In this document: positions 16,545-23,815 of the stretch, piece after piece
How the letters are laid out: each line of letters begins with the position of its first letter
Numbering within the stretch: position 1 is the stretch's first letter
Source: a virus
Lineage: Duplodnaviria; Caudoviricetes
Direction: 5' to 3' (one strand)
IMG/VR virus record: IMGVR_UViG_3300032303_001353
Location: 1-29,362 of that record
Length of the DNA stretch: 29,362 nucleotides
The notes under the pieces: model-generated
What the model saw: only the letters and a program-made list of their open reading frames with translations
The model's database searches: none
What the model was told of the DNA's origin: nothing
Position numbers and translations under genes: made by a program

Positions 16545-17056
16545 TGAAGAAACTGAACGGTTACACCGAAGTAGCTGATCGCATCCCAGCGTTCTACGCC
16601 ATGTACCCCGAAGGGTCAATCCGGACGGAGCGCGTTGAACTGGTGCAAGTCGCTGGCAAGGACTTCGTGAAGGTCAGTGCCGCTGTTTACCGGGGACCGG
16701 ACGATCAGCTGCCGTGCGTGGGGACAGCAATGGACCCGATTCCCGGCACCAGCAATTTCACGCGCAACAGTGAAGTAGAAAATTGTGAAACGAGCGCGTG
16801 GGGCAGGGCACTCGCAGCACTTGGGTTTGGTGGCAAGAGCATCGCCAGCGTTGAGGAAATCAACGTCAAGAAGCAACTGCCAGCACCAGTCACTGCGGGT
16901 GACGTCGCTGCCCTTGCGAAGCAGAAAAAGATGCCCGTTGATGTCTTGAAGGGGCGTGTGGCGGAGTTGTTGGGCAAGAGCGTCGAGGACGCTTCAATGC
17001 TTGACCTGTCCAGTGATCAGCTGCAGGTTCTCAAGACCGAGCTGGAGGCCGCATGA
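16544..17056 (+). CDS. Rad52/Sak-like single-strand annealing protein
   Basis: Motifs YTEVADRI..F...YPEGSI and VENCETSAWGRALAALG. Confidence 0.7.
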   Translation: MKKLNGYTEVADRIPAFYAMYPEGSIRTERVELVQVAGKDFVKVSAAVYRGPDDQLPCVGTAMDPIPGTSNFTRNSEVENCETSAWGRALAALGFGGKSIASVEEINVKKQLPAPVTAGDVAALAKQKKMPVDVLKGRVAELLGKSVEDASMLDLSSDQLQVLKTELEAA

Positions 17057-17355
17057 GCATCCTCACTCCAGTTGGTTTCGCTCACTCGCTCAGCAAAGAG
17101 TTTGGGCATTCGTTTGAGCAGTTCGTTGAGTGGGTAGCTGAGGTGCGTGGCACCGAGGTGACTGGTGAGCCCGCCGAGTTCTTTGCAAAGCACGGCTATG
17201 ACCTCACTGATGAGCAGCACGCACAACTCTTGAAGCTGATCAGGAGCAACGTGCCCAGCGATTACCTTGAGCGCAGCCGCAAGCACTCGCACTTGCAGTC
17301 CAGGCTGCAGGCTGATCCGTTGCTCAAGGCTCAGCGTGACGGGTGGGGTTCCTGA
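17053..17355 (+). CDS. Hypothetical protein
   Basis: RBS GGAGG; overlapped by start/stop codons on both sides. Confidence 0.7.
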   Translation: MSILTPVGFAHSLSKEFGHSFEQFVEWVAEVRGTEVTGEPAEFFAKHGYDLTDEQHAQLLKLIRSNVPSDYLERSRKHSHLQSRLQADPLLKAQRDGWGS

Positions 17356-17717
17356 TGGGCGCTACGAGTCGTAACAAGGGCGCTCGAGGCGAGGTTGAAG
17401 TCAGGGACGCATACCGAGCACAGGGCTGGGTTGCTCGACGGAACTTCGGTTCGGGCAGTCAGGGCGGGGGAGACATCGCGGGCGAACTTCCGGACGTGCC
17501 CGAGGTGAAACGCGTCAAGCGTGTCGTGAAGTACCACGAGTGGGTTGCGCAGGCAGCTGAGGGCTCTGCCGATTCGGGCAAGCCGTGGAGCTTGTGGATC
17601 AGGGTTGACGGCGCACAGTGGAACGTCACGATTCCCGCCGAGCACTACATGGCGTTGTTGACGGATCAGCGCTCGTTGTTTCAGTCATTGCTTGCTGAGG
17701 GGGTCAGGGATGCTTGA
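17355..17717 (+). CDS. Holliday junction resolvase (Hjc-like PD-(D/E)XK nuclease)
   Basis: SRNKGARGE...GDI...EVKR. Confidence 0.75.
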   Translation: MGATSRNKGARGEVEVRDAYRAQGWVARRNFGSGSQGGGDIAGELPDVPEVKRVKRVVKYHEWVAQAAEGSADSGKPWSLWIRVDGAQWNVTIPAEHYMALLTDQRSLFQSLLAEGVRDA

Positions 17718-17859
17718 GCGCCTTCGCCTCAGGATTGCCGGTTGGCTCGTTGGAACTGATGTGATCGAACTCGTGCACGAGCACAACTGGCTTATGTCAC
17801 GTGTCGAATGGCTTGACGATCACGCACTCACGGCGCAGTTCAAGCGGGTGCCGCGATGA
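17710..17859 (+). CDS. Small hypothetical protein (49 aa; not in the supplied ORF track)
   Basis: MLERLRLRIAGWLVGTDVIELVHEHNWLMSRVEWLDDHALTAQFKRVPR; RBS GAGGGG; exactly fills the gap and overlaps both neighbours. Confidence 0.65.
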   Translation: MLERLRLRIAGWLVGTDVIELVHEHNWLMSRVEWLDDHALTAQFKRVPR

Positions 17860-18191
17860 GTCAAACAAAGAGAGTCTTGAAAGCACTTGAAACCGCTGGG
17901 CCCAATGGGATCAGTGCGAGTGACTTCGATGGCAGCCGTCCCGTAGTTGACGGTGGCCGTCAGATAAAACGTCTTGCAGCACGTATCGGTGAACTCCGGG
18001 CCGACGGACACGAAATCTCGTCCGTGTCCACTAAATCGGATGGAGCGGTGTTCAGCCGGTACGTGCTGCGAGCGAGAACGGCAGCTCGTCAAGTCAGCCC
18101 AGTGGAGGTCGTGGACGGCTCCACGCTGGGTGGGGATTGTGACTTTGACGAGCTGCCGTTGTTTGACGAAGCAGAACTGGAGTGGGTATGA
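17856..18191 (+). CDS. Winged-HTH DNA-binding protein
   Basis: SQTKRVLKAL...GIS...RLAARIGELRADGHEI...YVL, a common phage wHTH pattern. Confidence 0.7.
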   Translation: MSQTKRVLKALETAGPNGISASDFDGSRPVVDGGRQIKRLAARIGELRADGHEISSVSTKSDGAVFSRYVLRARTAARQVSPVEVVDGSTLGGDCDFDELPLFDEAELEWV

Positions 18192-18433
18192 GCTTCGACC
18201 ACATCCCACCCAGGGCAAGTGTCTACTGGGCTGACCTCGCAACCCGGTACTGGAAGCAAACAAAGAGCCTGAAACACCGGCTGATGTCGCTGCATCAGGA
18301 ACTCGATCGCGTCGAGGGTTACAACGAGCGCCTTGAAGAGCGTTGCGCGGATCTGGAAGCGCGTTTGGCGGAGCTCACGAACGAGCAGGACGTTACTGAG
18401 TCCAATCGTGGTTACGCAAGGCGGACTGACTGA
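18188..18433 (+). CDS. Hypothetical coiled-coil protein
   Basis: Heptad pattern LDRVEGYNERLEERCADLEARLAEL; translationally coupled. Confidence 0.65.
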   Translation: MSFDHIPPRASVYWADLATRYWKQTKSLKHRLMSLHQELDRVEGYNERLEERCADLEARLAELTNEQDVTESNRGYARRTD

Positions 18434-18939
18434 TGGCGTGGGTCAGGATTGACGACACGTGGCTCAACCACCAGAAGGTCATGCACGCCCGAGCCGTTGG
18501 TGGCTGGACTGCACTGGGCGTGTGGTGCGGCGCGTTGACGTGGGCTAACCAACAACGCAGCGACGGGCATGTTCCCACGTCGTGGGTTGTGTTGAACAAC
18601 GCCCAGGCGGAAGCCGACGTCCTCGTGCAGGCCGGGTTGTGGCGCGTCGTCGAGGACGGTTGGGCTTTCCATGACTACGCCGAATACCAGCCATTGAAGG
18701 CCGAGATCGAGGCGAAAACCGAGAAGCGCGCTGCAGCTGGGAAGCGCGGTGGAAGCAAATCGCAAGCAAACCGCAAGCAAACCGCAAGCAACTCGGAAGC
18801 AAACGTCAACCCCGTACCCGTACCCAAGCCCAACCCGTCTGCTCTTACAGAGCAGAGAGGGCGGCGCTCAAGTGTTTCAGAGAAATCTTTGAGAAATCAA
18901 CGACGGCTAGGACTCGTCCAGGAAGGAAGTGCAGCATGA
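18433..18939 (+). CDS. Phage replication initiator (RepA-like wHTH)
   Basis: MAWVRIDD...HQK...ALGVW...SDGHVP...LVQAGLW...FHDYAEYQP, internal iterons and a PVPVP linker. Confidence 0.8.
   Translation: MAWVRIDDTWLNHQKVMHARAVGGWTALGVWCGALTWANQQRSDGHVPTSWVVLNNAQAEADVLVQAGLWRVVEDGWAFHDYAEYQPLKAEIEAKTEKRAAAGKRGGSKSQANRKQTASNSEANVNPVPVPKPNPSALTEQRGRRSSVSEKSLRNQRRLGLVQEGSAA
18751..18805. repeat. Five tandem 11-bp iterons (consensus GCAAGCAAACC); putative replication origin
   Basis: GGAAGCAAATC, GCAAGCAAACC x2, GCAAGCAACTC and GGAAGCAAACG lie inside the initiator gene. Confidence 0.8.
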
Positions 18940-20225
18940 GTGTTGTTACGACGTATACGGAGCTGTTGCCAAAGCTCACGAATGATGAGTACGAGCGTTT
19001 GAAGGCGGACATTCAGGCTAATGGCGTTCGGGTGCCCGTGATCGTTGACGAGGATGGCACGGTTCTCGATGGTCGCCATCGTTGGCAGATTTGCGAAGAA
19101 TTGGGACTTGAGTGCCCGACGGCTTTGCCTGTCAGTGGGTTGAGTGATTACGAGAAGCGGTTGTTGTCTGTGTCCGTCAACGTAAATCGGCGGCATTTGA
19201 CTGATGCGCAGCGAGCGTTGGTGGGTATTGACATTGAGCCTGATGTCGTAAAGCGGGCGGAAGAGCGGATGCTTGCTGGTGTGGCCGCCGACCCTCCGGA
19301 AAATTTTCCGGAGGGCTCAAGCGCTGGCAATAAAGGCGACTCCCGGGATGAGACTGCGGCAATGGTCGGACTCGGAGCAGGTCGTACTTACGAGAATCAC
19401 AAGAAAGTGCTCAAGAAGGTTGAGGAAGAGCACCCAGATTTGATCGAGCCGCTCAAGGCGGGCGTCACCGTCGATGAGGATGGCAAGGAAGTCATCACGA
19501 CCATGAAGTGGGCTCGCAAGAAAATTAACGACCGCGAGGCAAAGGCGCAGCAGGCGGAGATCACCGCTGAGCAGTCATTTATTGCGCCAGTTGTAACCGT
19601 CCAGGCGGCAGTTGATTGGTTGACAGGGGTTGAGAAGCGCAGCGTTGACTTGCTAATCACTGATCCGCCGTACTCGACTGACGTTGATGACATCGCCGCG
19701 TTTGCCAGCGATTGGGTAAACCCGGCGCTTGATTTGCTGAAGTTGAGTGGTCGAGCGTTCATTTGCACTGGCGCTTACCCAGTTGAATTGAACGCTTATC
19801 TCTCAGTATTGCTTCAGCGCGACGACGTGACTGTGGCAAACGTGTTGGCTTGGCATTACCCGGACACACTCGGGCCAAGTCCGTCGCACGATTACAAGGC
19901 CGCGTGGCAGGCAATCTTCCATCTGCGTGGGCCCGACGCGCCGCCGCTAAACGCGCCGATTCTCACTGAGTCAACGACAGTGCAGAAAATCAACATGAAT
20001 AGCGGCATCGTTGGTGGGCGGGTGCACTCATGGCAAAAGCCAGATGTTTTGGCAGAGCGGTTGATTCTTCATGCAACCAAGCCCGGTGACACGGTGGTTG
20101 ATTGCTTTGCTGGCACTGGCACGTTTCTGGTGACGGCAGGCCGCTTGGGGCGCGTTGCTTACGGCTGTGAACTGAATCGTGAGATGGCTGATCTCGCAGC
20201 TGAGCGGGGGTGCAACATTGTCTAA
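18936..20225 (+). CDS. ParB/Srx N-terminal domain fused to a beta-class N4C/N6A DNA methyltransferase
   Basis: ParB: LKADIQANGVRVPVIVDEDGTVLDGRHR and NVNRRHLT. MTase: motif IV ITDPPY precedes HSWQKP and motif I DCFAGTGT. Confidence 0.9.
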   Translation: MSVVTTYTELLPKLTNDEYERLKADIQANGVRVPVIVDEDGTVLDGRHRWQICEELGLECPTALPVSGLSDYEKRLLSVSVNVNRRHLTDAQRALVGIDIEPDVVKRAEERMLAGVAADPPENFPEGSSAGNKGDSRDETAAMVGLGAGRTYENHKKVLKKVEEEHPDLIEPLKAGVTVDEDGKEVITTMKWARKKINDREAKAQQAEITAEQSFIAPVVTVQAAVDWLTGVEKRSVDLLITDPPYSTDVDDIAAFASDWVNPALDLLKLSGRAFICTGAYPVELNAYLSVLLQRDDVTVANVLAWHYPDTLGPSPSHDYKAAWQAIFHLRGPDAPPLNAPILTESTTVQKINMNSGIVGGRVHSWQKPDVLAERLILHATKPGDTVVDCFAGTGTFLVTAGRLGRVAYGCELNREMADLAAERGCNIV

Positions 20226-20802
20226 CTCGGTTGAGATTGCGATTCGTCGCAGCACTCACACGATGCTCACCATCGTGTTTCCACCTCTGATGTCAGAAAT
20301 TGGGGGTGGTCAAATCGTTGCGGTTGAGGGCATTGACGACCCAACGGCTCGCTTGCTTGACCAAACGTGCGGCACTGATTACTTACAACACTGCGACGGG
20401 GGCGGCGAACGATTAATTGCGGGGCGCGTTCAATACGGAAACAAAGCGTGGAACACGACAACCGTGCGGAGCTCTTTGAAGAGCGGATCTGCGACCGAAG
20501 AGCACAAGCTGAGGCGAGCCATCAGGGAGCAACAGATCAGGCCGCACATGCACGTTCAGGCCTACGTTTCAGGGACGGAAAATCATCCCGGCAAATTGCT
20601 TGCTGCGGCGGCTGTTTGGACCAGTGACTTGATGGAGATGGTTGACGCTGAGCAATGCACTGTTCGCACCAATCCGAAGGACGGGACTTGCTTCAAGGTC
20701 GTTACTTGGGACGATCTCGAAGAGCGCGGGGCGCAGGTGACGCGCATCGGCCCGAGCGCTTGGCCGTTGAGCGGTAACTCCACGGCAAGGGTGGCGGCAT
20801 GA
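20218..20802 (+). CDS. Hypothetical protein, possible restriction-endonuclease-like fold
   Basis: LDQTCGTDY...IAGRVQ...TTVR...SG..TE pattern; TTG start overlaps the MTase stop. Confidence 0.5.
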   Translation: MSNSVEIAIRRSTHTMLTIVFPPLMSEIGGGQIVAVEGIDDPTARLLDQTCGTDYLQHCDGGGERLIAGRVQYGNKAWNTTTVRSSLKSGSATEEHKLRRAIREQQIRPHMHVQAYVSGTENHPGKLLAAAAVWTSDLMEMVDAEQCTVRTNPKDGTCFKVVTWDDLEERGAQVTRIGPSAWPLSGNSTARVAA

Positions 20803-21119
20803 CTCGCGCCGACTGGGACAGGATCGCCGTGGTACTCGATTACGGGTGGCCGGGTGACTTTGATGAAGTTGCCAGTGGCGCGTACTGGGCCGTGCTCGGG
20901 CGCAGGCCAGCGGGTGACGTTGAAGCAGCCGTGAGGACCGCCGTGGACAGGGGTCAGCGGTTCAGGCCGACACCACCGGAGCTTGTGGCGTTGATTCCGC
21001 AGCGGTCGTTGCCGCCGTCCGTTGAGGCGTGGCGTGACAGGTACGAGGCGATGTACGGGCCCGAGCGTGCACGTGAACTCATGTCCGGGTTCTTTCCTGG
21101 GGGTGAGCTGAATGCCTGA
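20799..21119 (+). CDS. Putative replicative helicase loader/inhibitor
   Basis: MTRADW..I...L...WP...YWAVL...VEAAV...FRPTPPEL resembles the loader family normally found after initiators. Confidence 0.6.
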   Translation: MTRADWDRIAVVLDYGWPGDFDEVASGAYWAVLGRRPAGDVEAAVRTAVDRGQRFRPTPPELVALIPQRSLPPSVEAWRDRYEAMYGPERARELMSGFFPGGELNA

Positions 21120-21186
21120 TCTTGCACTTGGCCTCTTGGCTTACGCCATTGCGTTGGCGCTCGTGGTTTGGAAGTGGTCGGAATGA
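21112..21186 (+). CDS. 24-aa hydrophobic peptide (not in the supplied ORF track)
   Basis: MPDLALGLLAYAIALALVVWKWSE; RBS GGGGGTGA; overlaps both neighbours. Confidence 0.55.
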   Translation: MPDLALGLLAYAIALALVVWKWSE

Positions 21187-21545
21187 CGACGCTTGAGCAG
21201 CGCCAGGAAGCGTTGAACATGGCGAATGACGTGCGCCTTGCGAACGCTGCGTTGCGAACGGAGCTGAAGGGCTTATCGCGTGAGGACGCATTACGTCGGG
21301 CAGCTCACGTTGTCCTCACCCTTGAAGAATCAAGCGGCTCAATGAAGGTCGAGTCGTTCCTTTCGTCGATCAGGGGCATTGGCCCGCAGAAGGTCAAGGC
21401 GATGCTCGTGGAGATCCAGTGCTTGACGCCTAAGCGCCTTCGGGATTTGAGCCAGCGGCAGCGTGACCTGTTGGCGGATGTGTTGGTCGGTATTGCAAAC
21501 AAACAAGAGAGGTGGTCGGCATGGCAGTTGACACGAACACAGTGA
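21183..21545 (+). CDS. mihF: Actinobacterial integration host factor (mIHF/sIHF)-like protein, H2TH fold
   Basis: EQRQEAL..A...R...A.L...LK, MKVESFLSSIRGIG..K..AML and KRLRDLSQRQR match the mIHF pattern along its length. Confidence 0.8.
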   Translation: MTTLEQRQEALNMANDVRLANAALRTELKGLSREDALRRAAHVVLTLEESSGSMKVESFLSSIRGIGPQKVKAMLVEIQCLTPKRLRDLSQRQRDLLADVLVGIANKQERWSAWQLTRTQ

Positions 21546-21892
21546 CGTTGGTTGGCAGGTTGACTCGTGACCCTGAGGTCAAGAAGGTTGGTGAGCACAC
21601 CGTCGCAGAGTTCAGCCTTGCAGTGGGTGACTTCAAGGACGCAGTGTCGTTCTTTGAGTGCAAGGCATGGAACCAGAAGGCCACAGTGGTCGAGCAGTAC
21701 ACCCAGAAGGGCAAGCAGGTCTTGGTTCTTGGTCGCCTTCGTCAGGAGCGGTGGGAGCAGGACGGTCAGAAGCGCTCGAAGGTCATTGTGAGCGTCAACG
21801 ACCTGCAGCTGCTCGGCAGCAAGACCGATGCCGTTGAGGGCGGGGCAACCACGACCACGAAGCCAGTGGACACCGAGGACATCCCGTTCTAA
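21521..21892 (+). CDS. ssb: Single-stranded DNA-binding protein
   Basis: NTVTLVGRLTRDPE, KGKQVLVLGRL and acidic C-terminal EDIPF. Confidence 0.95.
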   Translation: MAVDTNTVTLVGRLTRDPEVKKVGEHTVAEFSLAVGDFKDAVSFFECKAWNQKATVVEQYTQKGKQVLVLGRLRQERWEQDGQKRSKVIVSVNDLQLLGSKTDAVEGGATTTTKPVDTEDIPF

Positions 21893-22188
21893 TGGCTAGG
21901 GATTGGACACAAGCCAGGGCGAAGGTCGAGGACGAAGGCCGCTGCCGGAACTGCCGGAAACTGGGCCCGGTTGATGCGGCGCACATCATTCCTCGGTCAG
22001 CGAACGCCCGACCGGAGAACATGACTGGCACAGCCGTTATTGCGTTGTGCCGGTCGTGTCATTCGCGGCAGCACGTTGGCAAGCTCGACATCCTGCCATT
22101 GCTGACCCTTGAGGAGCAGTTGCACGCAGTCGAGGCAGCCGGGGGCATCGTGAGCGCCTACAGGCACACGACGGGTGATCGACTGTGA
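21892..22188 (+). CDS. HNH endonuclease
   Basis: CRNC...DAAHIIPRS...LCRSCHSRQH. Confidence 0.8.
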   Translation: MARDWTQARAKVEDEGRCRNCRKLGPVDAAHIIPRSANARPENMTGTAVIALCRSCHSRQHVGKLDILPLLTLEEQLHAVEAAGGIVSAYRHTTGDRL

Positions 22189-22385
22189 AGGAACTCACGT
22201 TTGCAGAGGACTGGGAGTACGCGATCCGGTCAGCTCACATTCATGGCAAGCCTGGGCACGTTTGGAACCTTGATCGCAGCGACCCAGTGCGGGGTTGGCC
22301 GATCCCACGCTTGGTTGCTCGGACGATGCACCCGGCGTTCATGGCTGTACCCGTTCCCAAGCATGACCCGGAGCGCGACAAATGA
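22185..22385 (+). CDS. Hypothetical protein
   Basis: GTGA overlap with the upstream gene; coupled on both sides. Confidence 0.6.
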   Translation: MKELTFAEDWEYAIRSAHIHGKPGHVWNLDRSDPVRGWPIPRLVARTMHPAFMAVPVPKHDPERDK

Positions 22386-22627
22386 TCGAGGAAGGCCAAG
22401 TCTGGCACGCCAAGCCCTACATGGTGAACGGCAAGGAATACGTTGGCCCAAAGGCTCGCGTGGACAGAGTGCGCTTGCTGGACATGGCTGATGGAACACA
22501 AGAATGGAGCATTTTCTACAGCTCGATCGGCCCCGGCACTTGCAAGGGCGATGGTGGCGCGTGTCGTCTTGAGTCGTTTGAGCGCATGTACTACTTGAAG
22601 AACCAGCAGTTGAGGCTTGGGGCGTGA
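22382..22627 (+). CDS. Hypothetical protein (small beta-rich domain)
   Basis: MIEEGQVW...C.LESFER; ATGA and GTGA overlaps. Confidence 0.65.
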   Translation: MIEEGQVWHAKPYMVNGKEYVGPKARVDRVRLLDMADGTQEWSIFYSSIGPGTCKGDGGACRLESFERMYYLKNQQLRLGA

Positions 22628-23139
22628 ACGAGTCACCCTTCACGTTCGCTGGCGAGCCGTGGCGTTCTGCTTGGAAACCACCACGCGGAATGAATTTCCA
22701 AACTTTGACAATGCCCGATGCCGTCCATGAGCAAATAACGGCGAGCTGGGAACGTTGGGACTCGCCACTCAAACCAGACGGCAGTGCGCCGTTCCCAATC
22801 AGGCAGCGCGAAGAAGAATCCCGATGGGCGTTTCATCGCAGGTATTTGCGCACAAAGCGCTGGAAGTACACCAAGTTCATTCGTGGCGCTGTGACGTTGC
22901 CACAAGTTTGTTTTTGCGGCAAGCGATGGGATTTAGACGCGCATCACGTCACCTATGAGCGTTTGGGAAACGAAGCGCTTGAAGACCTTGTGTTTTTGTG
23001 TCGTGAGCATCACGATGCTGTCGAACGTTTCTACCGACGCCAGCGGTCAGGGTTGTCTCTTGCTGAAGCAACCGAATGGGTCGGCCTTGATCTTTGGTTT
23101 GGCCGGAACCAAACCGGCGAGCTAAAGGCCGTGGCGTGA
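22624..23139 (+). CDS. HNH endonuclease, probably mobile
   Basis: YLRTKRW...CFCG...LDAHHVTYERLGNE...DLVFLCREHH; flanked by 27-bp direct repeats. Confidence 0.8.
   Translation: MNESPFTFAGEPWRSAWKPPRGMNFQTLTMPDAVHEQITASWERWDSPLKPDGSAPFPIRQREEESRWAFHRRYLRTKRWKYTKFIRGAVTLPQVCFCGKRWDLDAHHVTYERLGNEALEDLVFLCREHHDAVERFYRRQRSGLSLAEATEWVGLDLWFGRNQTGELKAVA
22625..22651 (+). repeat. 27-bp direct repeat, copy 1
   Basis: TGAACGAGTCACCCTTCACGTTCGCTG, identical to 23140-23166. Confidence 0.95.
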
Positions 23140-23510
23140 TGAACGAGTCACCCTTCACGTTCGCTGAAGCACGAGCCGCTGCGCACCAAGCCAGCCAACG
23201 ACAACTCGACGCTGAACAAACTCGGGCCGCCGCCGTTGAAACCCACGCCGAAGCAACTCGCGCCTACCGCGTCGCAGTAAGCCGCAAGATCGTTGAACTG
23301 CACGCCGGAGGTGTCGCCTGGACTGTTGCAGGAGACGTAGCGCGTGGAGACAAGGCCGTTGCTGACCTTCAGTACGACATGAACGTTGCTGCGGGCATGA
23401 AGGAGATCGCGGAGCAGGCAGCGTTCAGGTTGGGCAGTGATCGCCGGAGCGTGGAGACGTTGATTACTTGGTCGATGCGACGCGAGTTGGCAGAAGGCGG
23501 CGCATCGTGA
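23139..23510 (+). CDS. Hypothetical all-helical protein
   Basis: ATG at 23139 overlaps the HNH stop; Ala-rich helical hairpin pattern (YRVAVSRKIVEL...DVARGD..VA.L). Confidence 0.7.
   Translation: MNESPFTFAEARAAAHQASQRQLDAEQTRAAAVETHAEATRAYRVAVSRKIVELHAGGVAWTVAGDVARGDKAVADLQYDMNVAAGMKEIAEQAAFRLGSDRRSVETLITWSMRRELAEGGAS
23140..23166 (+). repeat. 27-bp direct repeat, copy 2
   Basis: Identical to 22625-22651. Confidence 0.95.
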
Positions 23511-23815
23511 GCAAACTCAAGCCTGAAACGCTCAATGCAGTTGCAGCCGTCTACGCTCGCATCCTTGAGCGCAAGCACCCCGGTTCAGTTTGGACTGTCC
23601 GGCCAATCAAAGCTAGTGAGCGGCACACGACGACCACGCTTCGGCACGGTCGCGGGAAGGTCGCCACGCTCAACGATGACTGCACGCTCGTCAATGGGCA
23701 ACCGACCCCGGCGAACAAACACGGCATCGAACGCCGCGCTCAACAAATCACGTTGGTCGCTGACATCAAGGTCAGTCCACGCGATGCCAGTGCCATCGAG
23801 AGTCAAGCTGCTTGA
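23507..23815 (+). CDS. Hypothetical protein overlapping the integrase 3' end antisense; candidate recombination directionality factor
   Basis: GTGA coupling with the upstream gene and AGAAGG upstream; N-terminus MSKLKPETLNAVAAVYARILERKHPGSVWTV is protein-like. Confidence 0.5.
   Translation: MSKLKPETLNAVAAVYARILERKHPGSVWTVRPIKASERHTTTTLRHGRGKVATLNDDCTLVNGQPTPANKHGIERRAQQITLVADIKVSPRDASAIESQAA

Noticed and set aside
18751-18805. Short tandem repeats as a CRISPR array
   Set aside because: The 11-bp units have no spacers and lie inside a replication gene; no cas genes are present.
22625-23166. 27-bp repeat as an att core or a DGR template/variable repeat
   Set aside because: The copies are identical with no adenine-specific differences, there is no reverse transcriptase in the window, and serine integrases do not need long identical cores.
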